Origin: an uncultured Candidatus Saccharibacteria bacterium
Lineage (GTDB): Bacteria > Patescibacteriota > UBA1384 > CAYGGE01
Assembly (NCBI GenBank): GCA_964349485.1
Contig: CAYGGE010000001.1
Span: 69,204-133,203 of the forward strand
Reading direction: 5' to 3'
DNA: 64,000 nt
Numbering within the stretch: position 1 is the stretch's first letter; every line of letters begins with the position of its first letter. The notes under the pieces are model-generated. The model was not told where the DNA came from and did not search any database. It was given only the letters and a program-made list of their open reading frames with translations. The translations under genes and the position numbers were made by a program. Positions 17,972 to 27,274 of the stretch are shown here, in pieces.

Positions 17972-18763
17972 ATGAAAGACTTTTTTAATAGCATCTTCGT
18001 TCCCCTACTCTATCAGCCAATCTTCAATGCCTTGATCTTTTTGGCTTGGCTAATTCCAGGTCATTCGATTGGTTGGGCGATTATTGGCCTCACTGTCTTG
18101 ATCCGACTCTTACTCTTGCCGACAGCGAACCAGACCTTCGTTCAGCAAGCTCGGATGAAGGCGCTACAGCCAAAAGTCGATGCTCTTAAGGACATTCATG
18201 GCCACGATAAAGCAGCGCACTCTAAGGCGACCATGGAGCTCTACGCGGCCGAAAAATTCAACCCCCTTGGCGGCTGTTTACCCAGTCTCATCCAACTGCC
18301 AATTCTGATCGTGATGTATCGGGTTTTTGTGGATGGTTTGACGACCGAGCACTTTAGCCTACTTTATTCATTTACGCCCCATATGTCTGATATCAATACC
18401 TCGTGGCTTGGCTTTAACCTGACCAAACCCGATCTCTGGATCTTGCCGATCTTGGCTGGTCTCGGACAGTATTTCCAAGCGAAACAGATGGCTGATATGA
18501 ATAAACCAGTTGATGGTAAAGTTGATCCTAACGATATGACTGCCGCGATGAGCAAACAGTTCATGTACCTCTTCCCGATAATGACTATTTTTATCGCTCG
18601 CAGTCTGCCGGCCGCGATGTCAGTCTACTGGATCATTTTCTCACTGTTTAGTGTAGTTCATCACGCCTGGTATTTCCGTACCGAACGCGCCTTACCTGCG
18701 CCGAAAGTCAATAATACCAAAGATGGTGTAACGGTTTCAGTCCGCAAGAAAAGTGAGGACTAA
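17972..18763 (+). CDS. yidC: Membrane protein insertase YidC (short form)
   Basis: Conserved region LIRLLLLPTANQTFVQQARMKALQPKVDALK and GCLPSLIQLPILIVMY, with multiple TM segments. Confidence 0.9.
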   Translation: MKDFFNSIFVPLLYQPIFNALIFLAWLIPGHSIGWAIIGLTVLIRLLLLPTANQTFVQQARMKALQPKVDALKDIHGHDKAAHSKATMELYAAEKFNPLGGCLPSLIQLPILIVMYRVFVDGLTTEHFSLLYSFTPHMSDINTSWLGFNLTKPDLWILPILAGLGQYFQAKQMADMNKPVDGKVDPNDMTAAMSKQFMYLFPIMTIFIARSLPAAMSVYWIIFSLFSVVHHAWYFRTERALPAPKVNNTKDGVTVSVRKKSED

Positions 18764-18853
18764 GTAGTTCGTAATTTGTTCGGTATAACTTTGAATATAC
18801 TCGATAAGATGCCTGGCATTTATGCCGTGTATTCTGTATAACTGACCGATGTT

Positions 18854-18943
18854 GGAGAGGTCGCATAGTGGCCTAGTGCGATAGTTTCGAAAACTATTGT
18901 ACCCGTAAGGGTACCGTGGGTTCAAATCCCACCCTCTCCGCCA
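18854..18943 (+). tRNA. tRNA-Ser (anticodon CGA) with a long variable arm, including 3' CCA
   Basis: Folded by eye: acceptor GGAGAGG/CCTCTCC, anticodon stem-loop ATAGT-TTCGAAA-ACTAT, long variable arm TGTACCCGTAAGGGTACCG, T-arm GTGGG-TTCAAAT-CCCAC, then GCCA. Confidence 0.85.
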
Positions 18944-19040
18944 AAGTATTACTACTCACTCGGAAGTGAGTGGAAATACTTTGAGTATAGGTGTGAGATT
19001 TGAAGGGCGCGAGCGAGCGTAGTGCCCCGGGGGCTATGCC

Positions 19041-19058
19041 CAAATCCCACCCTCTCCG
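19041..19058 (+). repeat. 18-bp direct repeat of the tRNA-Ser 3' end (CAAATCCCACCCTCTCCG), about 100 bp downstream of the tRNA
   Basis: Identical to 18923..18940. It lacks the 5' half of a tRNA, so it is a fragment rather than a gene. Confidence 0.7.
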
Positions 19059-19101
19059 AAGAAAAGCGAACCTAGATCAATAATAATTACAGATTAAACC
19101 G

Positions 19102-19467
19102 ATGAAACAATCCCAAACTATCGACCAATATATACATGATTTCCCCGAAGATATACAAGCCATTCTCCAAAAGATACGTAAAGTGATTCAGTCGGCGGCT
19201 CCTCAGGCAATTGAAGCGATTAATTATGGCATCCCGACTTTCAAGCTCCATGGCAATCTGGTCCATTTAGCCGCCTTCAAACAGCATATTGGCTTTTATC
19301 CGGCGCCGTCTGGAATTGATGTATTCAAACAAGAGCTGGCGCCATATATCGCCGGCAAAGGGACCATACAGTTCCCACTTAACCAACCTATTCCCTACGA
19401 GCTCATCAAAAAAGTGACCGAATATCGAGCCAAGGAGAACCTAATGAAAGATGGTTATGCCCGATAG
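19102..19467 (+). CDS. DUF1801 (YdhG-like) domain protein
   Basis: 121 aa with the pattern IDQYIHDFPEDIQAILQKIRKVI...GIPTFKLHGNLVHLAAFKQHIGFYP, typical of DUF1801. Confidence 0.55.
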   Translation: MKQSQTIDQYIHDFPEDIQAILQKIRKVIQSAAPQAIEAINYGIPTFKLHGNLVHLAAFKQHIGFYPAPSGIDVFKQELAPYIAGKGTIQFPLNQPIPYELIKKVTEYRAKENLMKDGYAR

Positions 19468-19690
19468 ACCGACTGAATCGACTGGTGAATGGATCCGATA
19501 CCATAAGGATGGGAGTATTTGGGCTAAGGGCCGCGTATTAAATGGTCAACCTGAAGGTTATTGGGAGTGGTGGCGCAAAGATGGCACCAAGCTTCGTTCG
19601 GGTTATTTCACGGCCGGCAAACAGTCCGGTAGCTGGACGACCTACGATCGGTCCGGCAATGTCTATAAAGTTACAACTATACAAAAGTGA
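19451..19690 (+). CDS. Small MORN-variant/YwqK-like repeat protein
   Basis: Repeats of the G.W..Y..G....G form (GEWIRYHKDGSIWAKG, GYWEWWRKDGTKLRSGYF, GSWTTYDRSGN). Confidence 0.45.
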   Translation: MVMPDRPTESTGEWIRYHKDGSIWAKGRVLNGQPEGYWEWWRKDGTKLRSGYFTAGKQSGSWTTYDRSGNVYKVTTIQK

Positions 19691-19717
19691 AACAGTGTCT
19701 AATTAATCGTTTTCCAA

Positions 19718-20314
19718 CTAATCCGACGAATCAATCACTCCGAGTGCTCGCCTTAGTCTGATAATCGCCCTAAATCTTCGAGATTTGACTGTACCGGGAG
19801 CAACCCCATCGCGAATTGCGATTTCTTCGACCTTCAGCTCCTCAAGTAGATCAAAAATTGCTTGTTTATGTTCAGGTGTAAGCACGTGTAGCATAGCTTC
19901 GACTTTGTCGAGTACTCGATCGAGCCAGACCTGTGAGACGATAGTCCCCTCTAAATCAACTTGTAAAGCGGCGTTATTACTTGTTTCTTCAGGATCTATA
20001 TCCGTCGTATTGATATCAAGTCTACCTTTCTCTATTAATCTTGACCTTATGAGATTGAGGTAACAATTAATGATCGCTTGGGACAGGAATCGTCTGGGAA
20101 ATTCAATATCTCTGTTTGTGGCAATTTTTCTAGCTACCAAAACCAATTTAACCAACCCTTCGGAGGTAAGCTCTTCAATATCTAGCCCAATGTCAGGATT
20201 TTGGTATTTTCTGGCCAATATGCCTGGTAGATCAAGATTGTCTTGGATAATTCTTTCGGCTTTATCACTCTCGTGATGCTCAGCTTCTGGGTAATGACTA
20301 ATTTGTTCGCTCAT
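19718..20314 (-). CDS. Sigma-70 family (ECF-like) RNA polymerase sigma factor
   Basis: 198 aa. Region-4-like [31 protein letters not shown] and region-2-like segment. Transcribed divergently from msrA. Confidence 0.55.
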   Translation of the reverse strand: MSEQISHYPEAEHHESDKAERIIQDNLDLPGILARKYQNPDIGLDIEELTSEGLVKLVLVARKIATNRDIEFPRRFLSQAIINCYLNLIRSRLIEKGRLDINTTDIDPEETSNNAALQVDLEGTIVSQVWLDRVLDKVEAMLHVLTPEHKQAIFDLLEELKVEEIAIRDGVAPGTVKSRRFRAIIRLRRALGVIDSSD

Positions 20315-20376
20315 ATACTACTCCCATCATATGGACTATGAATAATATATTCCAAATCATATTGTATAATAATTAC

Positions 20377-20865
20377 ATGATTAAGGATATCAAGCATGAA
20401 TTAGCAACTTTCGCCGCTGGCTGCTTCTGGGGAGTGGAAGATGCCTTTCGTCGTATCCCTGGAGTGAGTAATGCTATCTCTGGCTATACTGGTGGCCACC
20501 AAGAGAACCCGACCTATGAACAGGTTTGCACGGGCGATACGGGTCACGCCGAAGCGGTCGAAGTGACCTTCGATCCAGAAAAAGTTACCTATGAAGAACT
20601 ACTGGCTAAGTTTTGGTATTTACATAACCCAACGACTCGAGATCGTCAAGGGCCAGATGTCGGGTCACAGTATCGCTCAGCAATTTTTTATCATAGCGAA
20701 GACCAGAGAAAAGCTGCAGAGGTTTCAAAAAAAACTTTGGAAGTCTCGGGAAAATATCCAAATCCAGTAGTCACCGAAATTACCCCGGCTTCAACCTTCT
20801 ACCCGGCCGAAGACTACCACCAACGTTGGACGGAAAAACATGTCGGTTACGCCTGTCACATATAG
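20377..20865 (+). CDS. msrA: Peptide methionine sulfoxide reductase MsrA
   Basis: [47 protein letters not shown] and QYRSAIFYH. The ORF track starts at 20338. ATG at 20377 sits 7 nt after a TATAAT, so the transcript may be leaderless. Confidence 0.9.
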   Translation: MIKDIKHELATFAAGCFWGVEDAFRRIPGVSNAISGYTGGHQENPTYEQVCTGDTGHAEAVEVTFDPEKVTYEELLAKFWYLHNPTTRDRQGPDVGSQYRSAIFYHSEDQRKAAEVSKKTLEVSGKYPNPVVTEITPASTFYPAEDYHQRWTEKHVGYACHI

Positions 20866-21021
20866 GTATAGGAACCCGCATCGTCAGGAGCAGACATGTT
20901 ACAGGTTGGGAGACAGTTTCCTAACCTGTAGTGTTTTAATTGACGCGAATTAGAATATGGAGCGTCAAAATCGTCTCTTGATCAGAAGCCGTTATTGGAG
21001 TGACTTAGAGAACATCTTTTT

Positions 21022-21041
21022 AGTTTAGTATATGCTAAACT
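21022..21041. promoter_or_regulatory. 20-bp palindrome AGTTTAGTATATGCTAAACT about 60 bp upstream of xylA, a candidate operator
   Basis: Perfect 7-bp arms with a 6-bp TATATG spacer, read in the sequence. Confidence 0.4.
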
Positions 21042-21100
21042 TTGCGCAGCCCAAGCCACGGGGCGTTCGTGGTAGTTCTGAAACTGTCAGGAGGACAGAA

Positions 21101-22276
21101 ATGATTCCTTATCAGCCGACACCAGCCGACCGGTTTACGTTCGGCCTCTGGACGTTTGGCAATCCTGGCCGTGATCCCTTTGGGGACGCGGTTCGACCGA
21201 CGCCTAGCATCGACACGATCGAGCGTGCTCTTCCTAAACTGGCTGAGCTTGGGGCCTATGGAGTGAACTTGCACGACAACGATCTGGTGCCGATGGACGC
21301 CACCGCGTATTATCGTGACCAGCTAGTGGGGCGCTTCATGGCCGCACTTGCAATGACTGGACTCAAGGTGCCGATGGCCACTACCAACCTGTTCACGAAC
21401 CCAGTGTTCAAGGACGGGGCTTTCACTAGCAATGATAGGAGAGTGCGGGCATATGCCCTACAAAAGACGATGCAGGCGATTGACCTCGGCGTCGAGCTGG
21501 GGGCAACGATCTACGTCTTCTGGGGCTGTAGAGAAGGAACGGAGGTCGATGTGTCCAAGAACCCGGTCGAAGCACTCGAGTGGTTCCGGGAGTGTCTGGA
21601 CTTCCTGTGTCACTATGTCGATGACCAGGGATATGACCTTCGCTTTGCTCTCGAAGCCAAGCCAAATGAGCCGCGGGGCGACATCTTCTTGCCGACGACG
21701 GGGTCGATGCTCGCCTTCATCCAGACGCTTTCAATACCGAACATGGTTGGGGTCAACCCGGAGGTCGCCCACGAGACGATGGCCGGGTTGAACTTCACTC
21801 ATGCGGTCGCCCAGGCGCTGGAGGCCGAGAAGCTGTTCCACATAGACCTGAACAGCCAGAAGCCGGGTCGTTACGACCAGGACTTTCGGTTCGGCCAGGA
21901 GGACATCAAAGGCGCTTTCTTCCTGGTCAAGTTGCTAGAGGAAAACGGATACGCCGGTATGCGTCACTTCGACTCTCACGCCATGCGGACCGAGGACATG
22001 GATGGAGTCTGGGCGTTTTGTCGTGGCTGCATGCGGACGTATAAGATCCTCCAGGAGAAGGTTCGGCAGTTCGCTGTCAACCCCGAGATCCAGGGTCTGC
22101 TGGCTACGATCCGCGTCGACGACAGCGAGCTCAAGGACATAATGGCGAGCACCTCGCCAAGCTGCGCTGAGAAGCTCCAAAATTGGAGGTTCGATCCGCG
22201 GGCACTCGCCGCTCGAGGGCTCGGCTACGAACAGCTCGACCAACTCGTTACCGAACTCCTCCTCGGCGTTCGTTAA
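21101..22276 (+). CDS. xylA: Xylose isomerase, class I (actinobacterial type, about 391 aa)
   Basis: [66 protein letters not shown] and LFHIDLNSQ are close to Streptomyces/Arthrobacter XylA. Strong RBS AGGAGG before ATG at 21101 (the ORF track starts at 21032). GC is visibly higher than in the flanking genes. Confidence 0.9.
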   Translation: MIPYQPTPADRFTFGLWTFGNPGRDPFGDAVRPTPSIDTIERALPKLAELGAYGVNLHDNDLVPMDATAYYRDQLVGRFMAALAMTGLKVPMATTNLFTNPVFKDGAFTSNDRRVRAYALQKTMQAIDLGVELGATIYVFWGCREGTEVDVSKNPVEALEWFRECLDFLCHYVDDQGYDLRFALEAKPNEPRGDIFLPTTGSMLAFIQTLSIPNMVGVNPEVAHETMAGLNFTHAVAQALEAEKLFHIDLNSQKPGRYDQDFRFGQEDIKGAFFLVKLLEENGYAGMRHFDSHAMRTEDMDGVWAFCRGCMRTYKILQEKVRQFAVNPEIQGLLATIRVDDSELKDIMASTSPSCAEKLQNWRFDPRALAARGLGYEQLDQLVTELLLGVR

Positions 22277-22302
22277 CAGGTAGGTGCCGACCTTAGGCAC
22301 AC

Positions 22303-22334
22303 CAAGAAAAGAACCCCCGCTAACTGATGTAAGC
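22303..22334 (+). terminator. Hairpin terminator after xylA (GAACCCCCGCT-aactgatgta-AGCGGGGGTTC). A second 9-bp hairpin follows at about 22351-22380.
   Basis: Perfect 11-bp stem read in the sequence. It lies in the convergent intergenic region. Confidence 0.6.
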
Positions 22335-22588
22335 GGGGGTTCTACATTTAAGATAGGGGGGGGTCAGTCCCTATCTTAAAATGATCTTGGCCTGAGCGTT
22401 CTTAAAGATCTTACTGAACGGTCATATAAATGTAAGAGGCAATAAGTCACAATTTAATACCTATAAGTTTAAGAGGTTAGACATTTTACAGTTGTTAGCA
22501 CACTAGCCACTCAAAACAATAAAACAGTATACTAGGGAAGGTACCTAATGATTAGCTTTTGTTGATAAATCATTCCCTAAACTAATGC

Positions 22589-23122
22589 TCATTGAATTTC
22601 AGGGTACTGAGTGCGATAGTGATCTTGAATTTCACCTTTTGGATGTTCTATCTCCCAAGACGCTCCGCCTTCACTGGTCTCGATACGTAATGAAACACTT
22701 GCGTCTGGATCGTTAGGGTCAGTCGCATATCGACTGTCGGGTGTGTAGATTGCTAATACGACCCGTTGGATATGTGCACTGTCGAATGGTACCCCAAGCG
22801 AACCGGGACTTGAGCCCTCTGGATCTGACTGAAGCATTCGGATGATAGCCTCTGCCTCTTTTATGGCGGCATCTTTTATCGTATCTGTGATGCGTGGGTC
22901 CACGATCATTGAAGGTGTAAAAGGCTTTACTTCGACACTAGCCACAGTTGCTTTCCGTTCGTGCATCGTATCAACTCTGGCCTGTTGCTCGAGTGCTGCT
23001 CGTACCTTATCTATCCCAAAGCGTATAACGAGTTCGTCAACAGCTTTTCGAAGCTCACTATTTTCTAACTCAGGACGACTTCCTGACATTTCTCCACTTT
23101 GGTTATATGACTGTTCATACAT
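22589..23122 (-). CDS. Hypothetical protein (acidic, no recognisable domain)
   Basis: ORF track 22589..23137. ATG at 23122 is preceded by GGAAGGTGG. Confidence 0.45.
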   Translation of the reverse strand: MYEQSYNQSGEMSGSRPELENSELRKAVDELVIRFGIDKVRAALEQQARVDTMHERKATVASVEVKPFTPSMIVDPRITDTIKDAAIKEAEAIIRMLQSDPEGSSPGSLGVPFDSAHIQRVVLAIYTPDSRYATDPNDPDASVSLRIETSEGGASWEIEHPKGEIQDHYRTQYPEIQ

Positions 23123-23164
23123 AATACCACCTTCCAAAACTCTTATTTGATAAGCGTAATGTGA

Positions 23165-23818
23165 TTAAGAAGACGGAGGGCTAGTCTTTTTGATTGGAGT
23201 TGGTTTAGTAGTTGGACTTTTGGTATTAGTGGGCGAGGGCGTTGGTTTATTGCGGCAGCTTTGGCTCAGCAGCAACATCTGCTGTCTCAACGCCGCCAGG
23301 CTGTCGATGAGCCTGCGCAGTATCAGTTGGTCGTTAGGGTTTTGGACGTTGCCGATACTGGCATTGATACGATTGATTTCGTCATTGATCTGCTGAATCT
23401 GCTTGGTTAGAGCGTCGATCAAGGCTTGGCATTGCTTGTTCGGATCCTTTTTTTGGTCGGTACAACTAGCTAGCGCCGTCTCTAACGAACTTCGTTGATC
23501 GATGAGGTCCTGATAATGCGCGCGAAGCAGAGTCATGTATGTCGGATCGGTGTCTGGCAAATTATCGATGAGATCTTGCTCAGAAGCGATCTCATCGGCT
23601 AGGTTATTGATAGTTACTGAAAGCGAAGCAATCTGATCACGGAGACCTTGGCAGAGATCGGTTGCACCGGCTGGTGTCTTTGTGTTGGCCTGTGGGGAAT
23701 AGCGTGTGATCAGAAAGGCAGCGGTCCCAACAACGAGAGCTAACACGATCAGCCCAATCCAAGTTTTGACGATGAATTGCTTACTCATTTGACATAACCA
23801 TAGCTTTAATCTTATCAA
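23165..23818 (-). CDS. Signal-anchored coiled-coil protein with a Pro/Thr/Lys-rich C-terminus
   Basis: ORF track. N-terminal TM helix (WIGLIVLALVVGTAAFLI), Q/L-rich heptad-like region and a PTPSPTNTKSPTTKPTPIKK tail. Confidence 0.45.
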   Translation of the reverse strand: MIRLKLWLCQMSKQFIVKTWIGLIVLALVVGTAAFLITRYSPQANTKTPAGATDLCQGLRDQIASLSVTINNLADEIASEQDLIDNLPDTDPTYMTLLRAHYQDLIDQRSSLETALASCTDQKKDPNKQCQALIDALTKQIQQINDEINRINASIGNVQNPNDQLILRRLIDSLAALRQQMLLLSQSCRNKPTPSPTNTKSPTTKPTPIKKTSPPSS

Positions 23819-23936
23819 CGGTCAGCTTGATGGTCAATTAAAGTACGTACTTGTTTGAGGGGTGGTTGGGCCGTATGATGAGTTTATAACTATACACATT
23901 ACGGAACTTAGTTCCATCACACTCTGCGGAGGAATT

Positions 23937-24365
23937 GTGACAAAAATTAAGAAAACCGATGCCCAGTGGCGAAGCCAATTGACTGAAGAACAATATCGAA
24001 TTCTACGAAAGAAAGGGACGGAGCCGCCGTTTACCGGAGAGTATTTGTATAACGATGAAAGTGGTGTCTATACCTGCGGGGCATGTGGCTACGAACTTTT
24101 TTCTTCAGACACTAAGTTTGAGTCACACTGCGGTTGGCCGAGTTTTTATGATCCCATGTACCAAGACCATATTGTCTTCACGCCTGACGATGCGCTCGGC
24201 ATGAGCCGGATTGAGGTGACCTGTGCTCGATGTGGCGGACACTTGGGGCATGTGTTTGACGACGCCCCACAGACGCCGACAGGGAAAAGGTTCTGTATCA
24301 ATTCAGCATCATTAGGCTTCAATAAGAAGGATATGAAGGAGGGGAATGTTGAATCTGTTAACTAA
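23937..24365 (+). CDS. msrB: Peptide methionine sulfoxide reductase MsrB
   Basis: CGACGYELF ... HCGWPSF ... RIEVTCARCGGHLGHVFDD (two CxxC pairs). GTG start at 23937 after GGAGGAA. The ORF track starts at 23862. Confidence 0.9.
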   Translation: MTKIKKTDAQWRSQLTEEQYRILRKKGTEPPFTGEYLYNDESGVYTCGACGYELFSSDTKFESHCGWPSFYDPMYQDHIVFTPDDALGMSRIEVTCARCGGHLGHVFDDAPQTPTGKRFCINSASLGFNKKDMKEGNVESVN

Positions 24366-25275
24366 CCTTGGAGTCAGTAAATTATTGCTTATCGCCAGCG
24401 GTGTAGTTGTCGTCACTGGTGTTTCAGCCTTTGGTGTAGCGCGATCGCCTAAGCCGGCCGCGGATTCAATCGTAAGGGTACAGACAACCGCTGTTTCTGT
24501 GGTGCCAAGTAGCAGTACGATTGCGACTGCGTCATCTACCAGTACGGTGAAGCCCTTACCGTCTGTTACCAATTCAGCTATCACAAGTAAAATAGTAGTG
24601 GCAACCAGCCCACCGAGCGTGGCCAAAGAAAATGATCACACACCGCCGTTATTACTCAAAGGAGTGGGCATCAACTTTGATTATTACGATCCGGCGACGG
24701 GTAGAGCGGGCGATGTGGTATTTACCAAAGATAAACTTCAGTTCAATGTTCTCTTGACTGAGTACGGCTTTACGATTCCGGCTGATCAAACCTCGAGCGG
24801 TCAGAGCAAGCGCAATCCGCAACCGACCTGGCAGGTGCCGATGGGCACTAAGGTTCGTTCCATAGTTGATGGTGTTGTGACGAATGTTTCGACCCTATAT
24901 AGCAATGACTATAGTATCATGGTGGCGACAGACCCTAAGAGTAATTGGCAATATGAAACTGAACATGTCATCAATCCGTTAGTTAAGGTTGGAGACAGAG
25001 TGACTGCCGGTCAAGTTATCGCTGAAGTTAGTCCACACAATAAAGATGGTAACGCCGGCTACGGTCTGGTCGAGATTGGTATATTGAAAGGTGGTACCCC
25101 ACCACAACACGTCTGTCCGTTTGCCTATCTTGACCCATCGATCAAAGATGACTTCCAAAACAAACTGCGGGCATTTTACAAATCCTGGGAAGAGTATCGC
25201 GGTGATACTAACTTGTACGACGAGGCATCACAAGCAATTCCTGGTTGTTTGACCCAAGAGGCGATCGATGGTTGA
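24346..25275 (+). CDS. Secreted/anchored protein with a degenerate LytM/M23-like beta-rich domain
   Basis: Strong RBS GAAGGAGGGG. Segment GTKVRSIVDGVVTNV...VGDRVTAGQVIAEV resembles the M23 fold, but the HxxxD and HxH motifs are missing. Confidence 0.4.
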   Translation: MLNLLTNLGVSKLLLIASGVVVVTGVSAFGVARSPKPAADSIVRVQTTAVSVVPSSSTIATASSTSTVKPLPSVTNSAITSKIVVATSPPSVAKENDHTPPLLLKGVGINFDYYDPATGRAGDVVFTKDKLQFNVLLTEYGFTIPADQTSSGQSKRNPQPTWQVPMGTKVRSIVDGVVTNVSTLYSNDYSIMVATDPKSNWQYETEHVINPLVKVGDRVTAGQVIAEVSPHNKDGNAGYGLVEIGILKGGTPPQHVCPFAYLDPSIKDDFQNKLRAFYKSWEEYRGDTNLYDEASQAIPGCLTQEAIDG

Positions 25276-25372
25276 GGATTGAACTGTGAGTGAGGTATAA
25301 ATCGGCTTACTATTCGAGATAGATGCCATTTGTTCGGTTGTGTCAATTGTCCAGTAAGAGTATCATGAACGC

Positions 25373-26032
25373 ATGAAATGGTACAAATGGCTTAGCTTAG
25401 CCAGCATAGTCTTAGTTCTTCTTGCTCTCGGATTGTCTGTTTGGGCCCGTGTTGCCTATGGCAAAAGGCAGTTGGTAAACCACAAACGGGTCACGATTAC
25501 TCTCCCCTTTTCGGTAGACAATGAAGCTAATCGCTTAATTCCGATGGGCGAGACGATCGAACACCCGAACAGTCCGGGAGGTCATCCGGGGCTCGATTTT
25601 GGCTGGGAGCGCTCCGTGCCGCTGATTGCGGTTGGCGACGGCACGATCACCGCTATTACCGACGCTCTGGACTTAGGTGATCCGGTAAAGTATGTTACCC
25701 TTCGAATGGGTGAATACGCCGCGACCTATAAGGAGCTGAGTAGCGTTAATGTAATAAAAGGTCAAAAGGTCAAGCAAGGTGAGTTGATCGGGACCCCTCA
25801 TTGCCTAGATTATGGCGATCACACGGGATGTCAGCTTCATTGGGAATTTAGCTACGCTTCATTTCTGGCTCATTTTTCGGGCGCTCCAGATCGTTTGTGT
25901 CCACTTACTTACTTCGATTCATCGGCTTTAGTGCGGATTACGGCCGTGTGGGATATAGTGCCCGCCAACGATAAGTTCAAAAAGGAATTTCCTCACATTT
26001 GTAGCAACGTATTTTATGAACATAACGAATAG
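25373..26032 (+). CDS. M23-family (LytM-like) peptidase, membrane-anchored
   Basis: HPGLDFG (HxxxD), GDGTITAI, GELIGTPH and QLHWEF (HxH position, first His replaced) in the correct order. Confidence 0.55.
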   Translation: MKWYKWLSLASIVLVLLALGLSVWARVAYGKRQLVNHKRVTITLPFSVDNEANRLIPMGETIEHPNSPGGHPGLDFGWERSVPLIAVGDGTITAITDALDLGDPVKYVTLRMGEYAATYKELSSVNVIKGQKVKQGELIGTPHCLDYGDHTGCQLHWEFSYASFLAHFSGAPDRLCPLTYFDSSALVRITAVWDIVPANDKFKKEFPHICSNVFYEHNE

Positions 26033-26072
26033 GGCTGATTTTGATATTATTTGAACTATAATTAATCGACAG

Positions 26073-27206
26073 TTATTGTTGGTGATTAATTATTCTTTCG
26101 GCATTCTGGTAGGCGTATTTGGCTTGAACCGTCGGGTCTAGTCGACCAATAAACGAACGCATATACTGATTTAAGACGACTGCCACATCGGAATCGACTG
26201 ACCAGGCCGAACTCCAACCACGGTCGGTACCCCACAAAACTTGATCAGGATGACGGGTGATAAAGTCCTTAAATGTTGCCAAGTCAATCTCTAATAGGGG
26301 CTCGGGGTTATTGAAGTGGGCTAAGAACTGCGACTTCGATACTTCTGGCCGTAATAGCCACTCCCCACCGTACAGTTCGTCGACGCCATAGTAAACGTTA
26401 GGGTGACGATTTAATATGGCCTCAATGTCGTCGAGGCCGATTTTATTATCGGGTAAATGATGCACTAATTGATCACCATGCCAAATAAAAGTGATATCGC
26501 GATTAGCGGCGGCCATCGCTTCGAAGGCGGACTGTTGACCTTCGCCCAGATGAAAATAGATAACCATATTATGTTTGCGAACGACCGGGTATATATCAGT
26601 TAGTCGCGGTGAGTTTGGCGATAAAGCTTTGGCGCCATGCACTCGAGCATACAGACCGATCTCGCCATATCCAGCGAATGAGTTAGAAGATTGGTTAAGC
26701 ATGTTGGTTAAGGCGGTCGCGTCAACCGTTGGGAAGCCACCAGGCTTATCGTCGTGTTCTGGTGGCATAATAAAAGGCACAAATTTGTCGGGGAAAGCAG
26801 TGAGAACTCTTTTCACAACGGATATGGATGGGTCAATAATTGGCTCCCAGACTGGAAAGAAAGCAAACACTTGGCGGATATTTCCGGTCGTCATCATACA
26901 GACATAATCATTAATTGTAATGTTTGAACCTAAAACCGGTCGACTATTTTTTGACGTGTTTAAGACTGGCCCATCTGGAAGGGGGGCGATGTGAATGTGA
27001 GTATCAATCATCGGACCAGTGTAGGCGAGGGGATCCAGGTTCGGCACGGTTTTGGTTGTACAGGTTCGTGAGTCAAAACTGTCGTCAATTAATGAGTTTA
27101 TAACAGGCGTTGTGTTGAACAGAGTAGCACTTAGTCCAAACCAAACTAACCCACTTGCGATCAATAACCCGATCAATATTTGGATTAACAGACGATAGCT
27201 GGTCAT
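26073..27206 (-). CDS. Amidohydrolase-family metal-dependent hydrolase (TIM barrel), membrane-anchored
   Basis: MIDTHIHIAP metal-binding motif near the start of the catalytic domain. N-terminal TM helix. Confidence 0.5.
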   Translation of the reverse strand: MTSYRLLIQILIGLLIASGLVWFGLSATLFNTTPVINSLIDDSFDSRTCTTKTVPNLDPLAYTGPMIDTHIHIAPLPDGPVLNTSKNSRPVLGSNITINDYVCMMTTGNIRQVFAFFPVWEPIIDPSISVVKRVLTAFPDKFVPFIMPPEHDDKPGGFPTVDATALTNMLNQSSNSFAGYGEIGLYARVHGAKALSPNSPRLTDIYPVVRKHNMVIYFHLGEGQQSAFEAMAAANRDITFIWHGDQLVHHLPDNKIGLDDIEAILNRHPNVYYGVDELYGGEWLLRPEVSKSQFLAHFNNPEPLLEIDLATFKDFITRHPDQVLWGTDRGWSSAWSVDSDVAVVLNQYMRSFIGRLDPTVQAKYAYQNAERIINHQQ

Positions 27207-27274
27207 AAAAAATTTCTCTTTAAAACAAATAACGATTCTGGTAACGACTGTATATTACTCACTTTTCGGCATAT

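Noticed and set aside
18944-19058. Considered a second tRNA gene downstream of tRNA-Ser
   Set aside because: Only the 3' 18 nt match. No complementary acceptor 5' strand, D-arm or anticodon arm can be formed. It is treated as a fragment or attachment-site scar.
21426-21798. ORFs of 79-121 aa on both strands inside xylA, and similar ones inside purA (30075..31098)
   Set aside because: These are shadow ORFs in a GC-rich coding sequence. The XylA and PurA motifs are continuous on the plus strand.
22277-22588. The 312-bp AT-rich non-coding gap was considered as a possible small RNA or CRISPR leader
   Set aside because: It contains only terminator-type hairpins for the two convergent genes (22303-22334, about 22351-22380, about 22548-22580), with no repeat array or conserved motif.
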